From Octopus vulgaris (taxonomy: Eukaryota): 64,000 bases of DNA. Positions 52,976 to 64,000 of the stretch are shown one piece after another. Every line of letters begins with the position of its first letter. The first letter of the stretch is position 1. Below the pieces are notes generated by a model that was given only the letters and a program-made list of their open reading frames with translations, did not search any database and was not told the origin of the DNA. The stretch is taken from NCBI GenBank assembly GCA_951406725.2, contig OX597816.1, positions 89,466,001 to 89,530,000 on the forward strand. The letters run 5' to 3'. A program made the position numbers and the translations under genes.

Positions 52976-55900
52976 GCACGCCCAGATTACTCATACAAGT
53001 GTCTTTATTAGACACGTCCGCTTAAACTAAATAAGCGAAAAAGGGAGAAACGTTCAGAAACGAAATGACGTGGTGGGAGGATTTGATTATGGAGGAGAGG
53101 CTAGCAAATGAAATGCAATGGCGGAAATGGAGAATTGGGGGAGAAAAAGAATAGTGGGAATTAGGTGATCAAAGGTCGTGCGTTCTTGACTGCAAGCAGG
53201 GATAGGACATTTGGCAGTAATGATATGAAGGCTGTGGTGTTGGTGACGGGGTGGTGACAACGGTGGAAATTAGGGTGAAAGGTGCTAAGGGTAGTAAAAG
53301 TGGTAGCGGTGGAGATGATGGTGACGATGGTAGTAATGAGTAATGAGAAGGGGGTGAATGGTAGTAGACTGGGGCTGGATTATCTGTTGATTAAGACATA
53401 GAGGAAAGAGGGAGAAAGGGGAAGCCAAGAGTAAAGGTTTTGAAGAGGTGTGGTGTTAGAAGCGGTGTTGTCTTAATGAATGAGTCAAATTGACGGTGGT
53501 CAGGTCATATGCTGTGGAGGGAGGTGCAGACGAATGTAGCTCTCTTTGATGTAGACGGTGGAGTGAGAGGTTGAAGTAGAGAAGAAAGGTGAGAGAAAAA
53601 ATTATGAGGGCACATTCACGCACATTCATACACACAAACACACACACGCACACAAACACGTACAAACACAAGCACAAACACACACGCACACAGATACGCG
53701 CACTCACACACACCAACAAACACACACATAAACATGCAGATGTATATATGAAGACAGACATATAGAGAGACACGCATGCATTTAAACAAACTCACAAACA
53801 CGTATTCACGCACATACACAGGTACGTAAACATTACGACACACTCACACATATGTACATAAGGAGACACATGCACGACCACGAACGTACATACATACGCA
53901 CACACATACACGCGCATGCATGCACACACATACATAACACCTTCCCACTCACGTGCAATCACTGAACTTAGGAAAGAACATGACTGTGGTAGTTAACACC
54001 TTTTCCTGCTCCCTAATAAAATCAAGAATGAAAATGAAACTTAATTTGACTCAGAGAATTCTCTTTTCATCTCAAAATACATTTCATGGCATAGAGCGGG
54101 GAGCTAGCGGTTAACTCCCAGAAATCCGAAACCTAGAATGAGTTTCTATCAACGTCTTGAAGTTCTCTCTCACATCGCTTACACTACCGTCGAGGATGCC
54201 TTCACATCCTCACTCGTCATATTACATATACAAACTTGCGCCATGTTTATATATTTAGGAAGTGTTCAACAACAAAACAGTATCTCTGCAGTCTACAAAA
54301 GGAGGTGGAAAACACACATTAGAAACTTATTATGACTTAGTGGTAGGAGGAGACGTTGAGAAGCCGTGTTCTTCATCTTCGCAAGCCATAACAGACTGGT
54401 GAGATTATTGATGCCATTGATGGTCTTTTTAAACGTTTGTTAGTAGACGTATGTGGAGAAATACGATAGACAATAGGAATTCTAAAGGACAAAGATTATG
54501 CGAGGTGTTGAGTGTAGGACATGTGTAGTGAAATACAGCAAGGATAGCTCATAAAGGGAAGTTGGGTATTTGGGAAAGACTTAGTACGCAACTATTTCGT
54601 CTGGAGGAGTCTGTCCTAGTCTATTGTTTACATATGCATCTGTCAACTAGTTGAGCTTTGGGTCTTTTGGTTGTGTTTTATTATAATTGGATAAACGTTT
54701 TTTTTTTTTTACTCCTTCTGCTCGTGACATAGATACTTAGATTCTAATTTCTGTTGTTTTATCATGTTTTATCATGTTTTGAATATTATAAGCGTAAATA
54801 AGCATCTAATAAAGGTAGAGAGACTATCTGAAACGAAGATTGGAGTGTCACGACTGGAACGCTTTTGATAAAATTCCTGCACGTTCAGCAATAATTTCAG
54901 ATGAATCAATAAGTAAAAAAAGTGAAATTATTTAGTATTGCCAGGCTTAATCATACACTTAGTAATTGTAAAGAATTATTTCTCACATTTATATCCTAAC
55001 TTTCGTTGCTTTGCCATGTCATGGAACTTTTTGAGCGTAAATATAGGTTTACGGTAAGAAAAAAATTAGAATGGGCTAAATAAATAGACTACACCCACCT
55101 TCAGCCCTAACTATTTATTTAACTACTCGTTGGAAAGGTCGTATATGGATTGAGAATAAGAGTAGTTAACACCATTGTAATCACTACCATCACCACCGCT
55201 ACCACCATTACAACTACCAACTCCAACAATCACTTCGACTAGTGATTGATTAACTTGCAATACAGAATGTAAATCCTCCCTTGAGAAAAATAAGAGTTGC
55301 AACAATATAAACAACAAAACAACTACGACATAGAAAAATGATGGCAAGCAAAAAAAAAAACTGGAAGTAAGAATTGTGTTTTAAAGACAGAAATAGCAAG
55401 TAACAACAAATGTGTGACAAAGATTTGCCATTGAATTTCTTTAAAATATCACGCTCTCTATCACGCTATGTCACGATCTGACATATGACACAGACTTTGT
55501 TATAATGATTTTTAACGAAGTTGCAATAACACAAAGTTTGTGGGGAGGGTATTTTACTTGACAGCTACTTATTTTAATAACCCTAGATAAATGAAAGGCG
55601 AAGGTAGTCACAGCAGGAATTGAACTAAGAACGTAAAGGTGTCAAACAGACTTTTCCAAGCATTCTCTTTCGGATTCTACAGATTCTACTATCCACCACC
55701 TTTTTCCCATATTAGGGGTTCTGGCTTTGTAACAAGACCAAATTTGTAGGAGCGTATAGTTCTATTTATAAACTGACACCAAATATTTCATTGTTATTTT
55801 ATTAAATTGATACTAAAATTATGAAAATTAAAATTGACCCTGACAACATTTGAACTAAAAACGTAAAGAAGTATAAATAAATACCGGAACTATATTATCA

Positions 55901-56241
55901 GCCACTCAACCGCTTCTACGAATCACCGCTTTTCAACAGTCATTATAATTATTTCCAATTTAGATACAAAGTGAACAATTTTAAGGATACAGAGAGAGAG
56001 AGAGAGAGAGAGAAATAGTTAGTGAATTACACCTACCCCACAATTTTGTCTAATATTCTATTTTATCGATCCTGGACGGAGGCAAAATTGATTTCGGCGG
56101 GATTATGCTCAGAATGTGAAGAGCTGGAAGAAATACAGCAAGGCTCTGCTAATCCACCGCCTTTAATTGAAATTATGATAATTAAAACAAAATGGTTTTG
56201 AGAAACCCAGATTGTAGATTCTATGTTACCATCTAAATATC

Positions 56242-56450
56242 GGCTTCAAATTTTGGCACTAGGTCAGCAATTTCAGGGAGGGAATAAGTCGATTACATCG
56301 ACTTCAGTATTCAACTGGTACTTTATTTCATCGACTCCGAAAGGAAAAGTCGTCTTCAGAAGAATTGGAACTCAGAACATAAAGATGGATGAAATGACGC
56401 CAAGCATTTTGCCCGTCGTACTAACGACTCTACCAGCACATCGCGTTCTA
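56242..56450 (-). mobile_element. Older SINE family A copy (tail type B)
   Basis: ctggtactttatt...gaactcagaac...gcattttgcccgtcgtactaacgactc; flanked by ttaccatctaaatat and ttatcatctaaatat. Confidence 0.8.
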
Positions 56451-56466
56451 TTATCATCTAAATATT

Positions 56467-56844
56467 CTTTTCTACTCTAGACACAAGGCCCGAAATTTGG
56501 GGGGAGAGGACCAGTCGATAAGATCGACCCCAGTACGCAACTGGTACTTAATTTATTGACCCCAAAGGATGAAAGGCAAAGTCGACCTCGGCAGAATTTG
56601 AACTTAGAACGTAAAGACAGACGAAATGCCTATTTCTTTACTACCCACACAGGGGCTAAACACAGAGAGGACAAGCAAGGACAGACAAACGGATTAAGTC
56701 GATTACATCGACCCCAGTGCGTAACTCGTACTTGATTTATCGACCCCCAAAGGATGAAAGGCAAAGTCGACCTCAGCGGAATTTGAACTCAGAACGTAAA
56801 GACAGACGAAATACCGCTTAGCATTTCGCCCGGCGTGCTAACGT
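56467..56844 (-). mobile_element. Dimeric SINE family A (A+B) with 16-bp TSD
   Basis: Two cores; TSD ttatcatctaaatatt (56451-56466) and ttatcgtctaaatatt (56845-56860). Confidence 0.9.
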
Positions 56845-58489
56845 TTATCGTCTAAATATTACTACACATTACTTATGCTATTATGATGCCAATACTATTA
56901 CAAGAAACTAGTAGCAAATAATAAAACTATATTCATTGTAATACCAAAAGCAACATCAACGGAAGAAAAGACAACAAACGCCATTAAAACTCGTTTGTTG
57001 AACTCTTGTTAGGTAAATGACGAGAGACATGTCAATATTAGTTAACTTTTATGAATGAGCGGAAACCACCATGGGAGGCTATTACATTAAGCATATTAGC
57101 ACTTGATTAAATTTTGTGATTCATAATCACATACACTCCTGTCATTATGTTTATATTTCATGCCAATTCGTATACATTTCTTGTACATCTGTACTGTAAA
57201 TATCTATCACAACTAGCAAGTATTGGACAGGTTTATGTTACACTGAGAAGGTTTAATAAAACCGAAATATGTTTCTGGGTGCCATTGTGCTTACAAAACA
57301 TTACATTAAGTTAATATTAGTTCTCGCGCTAATGCTTTTATCTCCTCATAGCGTGAGTAATTTGAATATTAATTTATCAATATTTCGGAGTTTTCAAATC
57401 TTTGCTTTAATCAAATTTTATTAACATTAGTTAATCTACATATATCCAACCTCTCATCATTGTAAATGTCTTATTCACTACGTGAAGTATATTAGCACGC
57501 ACCCATCTAGGTTTATGTTAGTTTTACTAGAAGTGGGCCATGGTAGATATCGTAAATCTCTTTTTATCTCAAAGTACATTAACATTATGTTTTTATTTAT
57601 TTACCGAACTGTATTCCTACCGATACATAGTACCACTTGTCTTTGTGGATTCGTGAATTTAACTTTGTTTCATACATAAATAAGCTTAACAAAAGAATCA
57701 ACAGCTCGTGTCAATTTAAGTGTGTAGTTGTACAGCAGCAAATCCTAATCAAGCCATTTTACCACACAATACAGCAGAAAAAAAGAAAGAAGAGAAAAAT
57801 GAAACAGTAAGGGAAAATGTAAAGCAGCATTAGAAAATAGGATGAAAATCAAGACTTGGTGAATGAAATTCAGAGAGTAAATAAAGAAAAGATTTGTGGT
57901 TCGTAGATTATGTTGAAATCTGAGTAAACTGCGACAGTAGATATGAAGGCACCGAAACATTGATTGTATTAGTTATTTATTAGCTTAAAACTATTGATTC
58001 GTTCTGAGGTTGCGACATTTTCTTCGGCAAAAGAAAGTGTAGGGTTTGGATGAACAGCTTTATTAGCTAAAACATACCTTTATGCACCTTTATAATTTGG
58101 TCTGAAAATTAGAAGAAATAGGAACGCGATGGAGACAAATATGGTTGTTGCTATTGAAGATTTACTGTGCGACAGAAATTATGACGAACATGTTTCGAAG
58201 TTCAAAATCTTGGCTATTTGTCATGGATACAAAAAAGAACACAATACAGTAGAAAATAAAAAGAAAGGGAAGAAGGAAGAGAAAATACGGAGTGACATTA
58301 AAAAAGAGATTGGAAATTTTGTCTAGGTAACCGGTTTCCTCACAGGAAATATCGAAATTTCTGTAAGAGTAAACTTAAAGCCATTATAAGGTCACTTTTA
58401 CTGTTTGATGTAATTGTATAAAGGACCTATGTAGATTACTTTTCCTATTTCGTCCACAAATTTCTCAAGTGGCAATCAACAATAAACAA

Positions 58490-58705
58490 ATGGTTTCAAA
58501 TTTTGGCGCAAGGCCAGCAATTTCGGGTGAGTGGGGTAAGTCGATTAGATCGACTCCAGTTCTCAACTGGTATTTATTTTATCGACTCCGAAAGGGTGAA
58601 AAGCAAAGTAGATTCCGGAGGCATTTGAACTCAGAGTATAAAGACGGACGAAATGCTGCTAGGGATTTTGCCCGGCGTGCTAACAATTCTGACAGCTCGC
58701 CACCT
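58490..58705 (-). mobile_element. SINE family A (tail type B)
   Basis: aaattttggcgcaaggccagcaatttc...tttgaactcagagtataaagacggacgaaat...cagctcgccacctt. Confidence 0.82.
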
Positions 58706-60055
58706 TGTTTCGCAAAAAATAAGTATTGCAATAGAGGAAAAACAAATAAATTAAACAGAATCCTAAGATAATATACGTGGGATATATATGCTAGCAAACA
58801 ATGGGAAATCTGAATCAGAAATTACAAGGATTGAGATAGAAAACGCTGACTTTATAATGTGACTCGAAGAAGATTGAAACTTTTCTGCAGTTTTCACAAC
58901 ATACTAATATCAAATAAACATTGATAACGAAACACGAAAACGATTTACAAACGTTATGGACGGTCCGTCCTACAATATGGAGTTGAAACACGGAAATTAA
59001 CAAAAGTATTATCAAACAGATTAACAGATTTATACACAAAGAGAAGAGTGTTAGGAATATGCTATGAATAGAATATAAACTGAATGATAAAGATCTGATG
59101 ATATCAATAAGTTACGAACATTATATTAGACAGCATCAAAGAGAGAAATCTAAAACATTTTGGATGCTTAATTGGAAAAGAATGGATGAGAAAAGAAGGA
59201 GAAACCTAGAATTACGTTGATAAATACCATCAAGAATGGGAAATACTCAATATACAATGAATGTATAAGAACATCACAAGAAAAACCAAGAAAGCGATCC
59301 ATGGTGAGAATGTGTGAGAGATATTTAACGATGAAGATCATAAGATATAAAATGTTACTACTTTAATGTAACATTCGGTTACTTTTTTTTCTTTTGTCTT
59401 TTTTTTGGAAACAATATCGGTATAGCAACATTGATATTAAGAAAACATATCAGAATTGCCGAGACATATGCATGCGCACAAAAACGCATTAGCGCGCACA
59501 CATACACACACATGCGTAAAATGAAAAGGAAACGGAATGGATCTTTCGTTGGATTCGACGATAGTTATTACAATCGTCCGATGATTAATGGAACTGCCAA
59601 CTCAAGGAATTATGTGTAAATATAAGTGGTTGGGTATTCCGTGCACATTTGTAATACTACTATAATTTTCAAGCAGAATTAGCATGGCGCAATGTATGAC
59701 AAAACTGTCCCCTTGAATTTCAAGTACAACCCCACACACGGTTTTCCATAATTTCCGTCCACCCATTTTCACCCAGAAGGTTTGGGTCAAGCTGAGACGT
59801 TGGAAGAAGCAACACATTTGATATTCCACAGTGAAAAGTAACCGGTAGTTTGAAGATTGCAAAACGATATGCTTACCACACTGCTATGACGGTAGACGGA
59901 CGCCACATACATTCATACAGCTACACACACACGGGCGCACGCAAACATTCTCAAGATAGTGATAGACACACACACACACACATATGCGTGTGTGTGTGTT
60001 TATATATATGATTCTCGGACAGGGCAAGGTTGCTTGGGTCAACTTTCATAACACT

Positions 60056-60454
60056 ATGCAATGAACATATGAGAAATAGGCTTACCTTTGCGTTGAATAC
60101 ATCAGTAAGTAATGTATATTTCAAATGATTTCACCTTCTGTATGTCCAACATACTCTGGGATTTTTAGTTGAAAATAACATTTTAACATCTATTTCTAAA
60201 ATATTCACTACATTAGCTCGTGTGCGTTTCTTACTTTAAACGTCCCGCTTCGTTTAAAAGAAAACTATCGAAGCGAGACGCAAACATGCTAATGTAGTGA
60301 ATATTTTAGAAATAGATGTTAAAATGTTATTTTCAACTTCAAATCCCAGAGTACGTTGGTCATACAGAGGGTGAAATCAATCGGCATTGAAATATACATT
60401 ACTTACTGATGTACCAACGCAAAGGTAAGCCTATTTCTCATATCTTCATTGCAT
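60056..60454. repeat. ~160-bp inverted repeat (60056-60217 / 60288-60454) inside a microsatellite-flanked segment
   Basis: tatgagaaataggcttacctttgcgttg vs caacgcaaaggtaagcctatttctcata; spacer hairpin cgtcccgcttcg / cgaagcgagacg. Confidence 0.93.
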
Positions 60455-60648
60455 CGCTCGTCTGTATATTTATTGTGAGTTTCTGGTGGGTTTCGAGCCT
60501 TGGCCCTGATTTTAGCAAGTGATATTATATACCCTACTGTATCTAAGTTGTCCTACATTGTGCCTGTAATGGTGTGAACTTGCTGGCCACCTTATTATTA
60601 TCTTATAAATATTATCAATAATGGTAATAATACATCTTTATTTAATGT

Positions 60649-60778
<130 letters not shown>

Positions 60779-61349
60779 GCATTTAAATATGCATATGTAA
60801 AGGACATTACGATATCAAAAATTTATAAAGAAAAAAAGTAACATTTTTCTCCGGATAATCCATATATAAGTGAAATGGATGCTGAACAAAGTGCAATGAG
60901 GAAAAAATAAACATACTTGAAACTATTTGCAGTCCTTTACAAATTATGTAGATATTTTACCTGGAAAAAAATAGCGAAAACATTTTACAGGCTTGAAAAT
61001 TTTTGATAGCTTCAATTTAAAATCGGTTTCTTAAAGTTTTTCCGCTTACAGAAAAAAATTTCCATTATCGCATCATGTATCATCAAGGCAATTTTTTCAC
61101 CAAAACCTTTCGATAATTTATATCGCCTGCAATTTTTATTTCGTATTATCTCGATAAAAATGCAACGAAATTTCTAGGGTTTTTTGGCTCAAATCGTACA
61201 TCAAAGAAAACTTTCGTTTAAATCGGTTTACATAGTTCAATATACAAATATTATTTCTTATATCAAATATACTCACTCAACTCACCCACGTAATACATGC
61301 ATATTTATGCCTGTGTACGTATATACATATATGCATATAGATAAATAAA

Positions 61350-61388
<39 letters not shown>

Positions 61389-61456
61389 CACACACATATA
61401 TATACATATATATATCATATATATAAATAATATAAATATGTATAAATTATATATAT

Positions 61457-61489
<33 letters not shown>

Positions 61490-61504
61490 CATACATACAT
61501 ACAT

Positions 61505-62560
61505 ACTAGTAATGCATCCCAGCGTTGCCCGGGTGTTATGATCTACAAGTACATTGTATTATTTGCTCCTTTCTTACAGGCAGAATGGGCACAGTTGATA
61601 CTTAGTTAATGGAATAATGGAACTTATTGTTTATTAAATAGTGAGGGGCGAGGGTACAATTTGCATGAAAATGCTTTCTGTTCTTAAGAAGAATCAGAAA
61701 CTATGTATTGTTTCATCGTATAAAAGAGGGGTTATTACGATTTTGTCCAGAAATTACGTTTTCAATATCTAAATTTCCCCCTATCCCCACCGCAATTTCT
61801 TAATTTAACTTATTTTTCGAATTTTTTTATCTACATAGAAAAATACAGAGATTACGAATCTGACATTTTTTATAGTTTAATTTTTCTTAAAGAAACAATC
61901 AATGCCCCCCTTCCCTTCACCTACCAGCTTTCAAAAAGCTAAAATCTCCCAATCTTTCACTTTTCGTTGAGGTTTCCAGCATGCGTAGAATTCTACTGAA
62001 ATAGTAGACTTAACAAATACCAGGCCACCACCAGAAAACCCGACATACTAGAAACAACAGGTAAACGAGATTATTTCTGAAGAAACTTCTCCGTTTTCCA
62101 AAACGCTAAAAGTGAAACATTGGGAGTGTGTAGCTTCTTGAAAGTGGTGAGGTAATGAGTATAATTCTTAAAAATTCGTATTGTTTTTTCTCCGTGTATT
62201 ACCAAGAATAAAAATTTGAAAAAAGTAAAAAATGAATTTGGTGTGGAGAGGGAGAAAATTAAAATATTGAGAACGTATTTTGTAGGTGAAATCCTAATCT
62301 TCTGTATCGCAAACATAGGAATCTGAAGATATTTAGGAAAAAAATAAGGGGGGCCCGGAAATGTCACCTCGGACATGCTAGAAAGAAAAGACAAAGGACA
62401 GAATTTCTGGGAAAACTTCCTTTTAAATTTATATCGAAGATCAGTTTTTTAAATACGCTGATCATAAACACAAATTACACAATAGAAAAAGATAATTTCA
62501 ATTGGATTTGAGCAGTAGATTTCCGCGTGCACACTGCAAGAAATAACATAATTCGCACAG
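61505..62560 (+). mobile_element. Possible non-autonomous Helitron/Helentron-like element
   Basis: Begins right after a microsatellite with tactag...cccagcgttgcccggg, reminiscent of rolling-circle element termini. The 3' boundary is uncertain. Confidence 0.3.
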
Positions 62561-62911
62561 AAGTTTTACCTAAAGTGCGTGTATGTGTGTCAAAGAAGTT
62601 ATTTTATGGCATTTTTTCGTTCGAAGAAGCAAAGTTGTCAACTCGACATACATGGGATCATATGATTATTCGTTAATTTCCGTAAAATTGTTTTAACTTC
62701 TGTATGCTTTGAAGAGAGCAGAAATTGAAAGAGGGGATAAAGTGAAAATGCGACATTTGCTTTGAAGTGAGAGGAGAAAGTAAAAGATAGGAGAAATTGT
62801 AAGATATACGTGTATATGAAATGGACGTGTGTGAGAGAGAGAAAGAGTGAGTGAGTGGTGTGTTGTGATGTATGAATTCTTTGCATGTATGTATAAGTGG
62901 TACTCACTCGC

Positions 62912-62958
<47 letters not shown>

Positions 62959-63125
62959 CACACATTATCTTTCATATACACATACATAGCGGAGGTAAAG
63001 AATACGCACATCACCCGTTTTCAGCCTAACCTTAACCTAAACAGCGGGAGTGCGTATTCTTTATCTTCGCCCATAAATACACATGCATACATCTTTTTTG
63101 TGCCTGAGAGATAGAGAGAGAGAGA

Positions 63126-63224
<99 letters not shown>

Positions 63225-64000
63225 CTGTATTTCCTCATAACATACAAAAATGGATGTCTTTTAATGCAATTTTTGGGGTGTGTGGCTTATTCTAACACAA
63301 TATTTATGTGTACATTTTCATAAATGTTTGTCTGAATAGAATTCTACTCATGCGTGAAACATCGGACGAAAATGAAACAATGAAAGAAAATCGAAATATT
63401 GTCAGATTATGACCTGAAAATTGTGCGACCCAACCTAGTTGCTGAGGTTATTTTAGTTGTAAAAAGTGTTGTTGAGCCAAAAACATAGTTTATTTGGTAG
63501 ATAGATAATAAACAGGTTTCTTTATTATAATAATGATGCGACTAATTCGGAGAAACATTACTTTTATTATTCACACATCGTCACTCTTGTAATGCAACAC
63601 TTTATAATTTTGGTTCCAATTGAAGGTGTATTTGAAATAACTATAGCTGGTTGTTGAGATAACGTAGAACATATGTAAATGAAAATAAAGTGTATTTGAC
63701 ATGTGTAATTGATTTGATTGTTCTGGTCTTAACATCAGTTGGTAAGAATAGAAGTCATTTGACGACACCTTTTTGCTTGTTATTGGCTATTATGTTGCAG
63801 GATTAATCCTTGGAATATTGAAATGATGCCCATCTTGTCCATTCCACAGAATAAGAGTATACCAGAGAGCGTGATAAGAGGGATGAGTCTGTGAAAGACG
63901 TTTAAGCTTGTTATCTCGAACACGAATGAGAATATTGTGATTTTCATGGGGATTACCAAGCATAAGGATGGCTACTTCATAAGATTAAAACAGCGTGAAA

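Noticed and set aside
58325-58385. Hairpin followed by GAAACCGGUU on the minus strand
   Set aside because: The upstream core is unrecognisable; at best a very decayed remnant.

Overview
AT-rich, microsatellite-dense eukaryotic non-coding DNA. The repeat types suggest an octopus or other cephalopod genome, but that is inference. No host protein-coding exon could be supported, and most listed ORFs are simple-repeat translations. Recognisable coding remnants all come from transposons: a decayed piggyBac transposase (~6.0-7.35 kb), a probable Penelope-like (PLE) RT relic (~15.4-16.1 kb), a decayed mariner (~24.1-24.9 kb) with a separate mariner-derived MITE, and a cluster of R4/Dong-type RLE LINEs (28-33.4 kb and 42.7 kb). 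The largest of these LINEs sits inside (TAA)n. Several tRNA-type SINE families are abundant, with clear TSDs and modular or multimeric structure. The most notable hidden layer is a set of short non-coding elements abutting (TA)n tracts that carry type I hammerhead ribozyme (HHR) motifs with palindromic stem III. These include U3-A8 core variants and a 715-bp zero-spacer palindrome (50116-50830) with one HHR on each strand. All structures were read by eye and ribozyme activity is untested.
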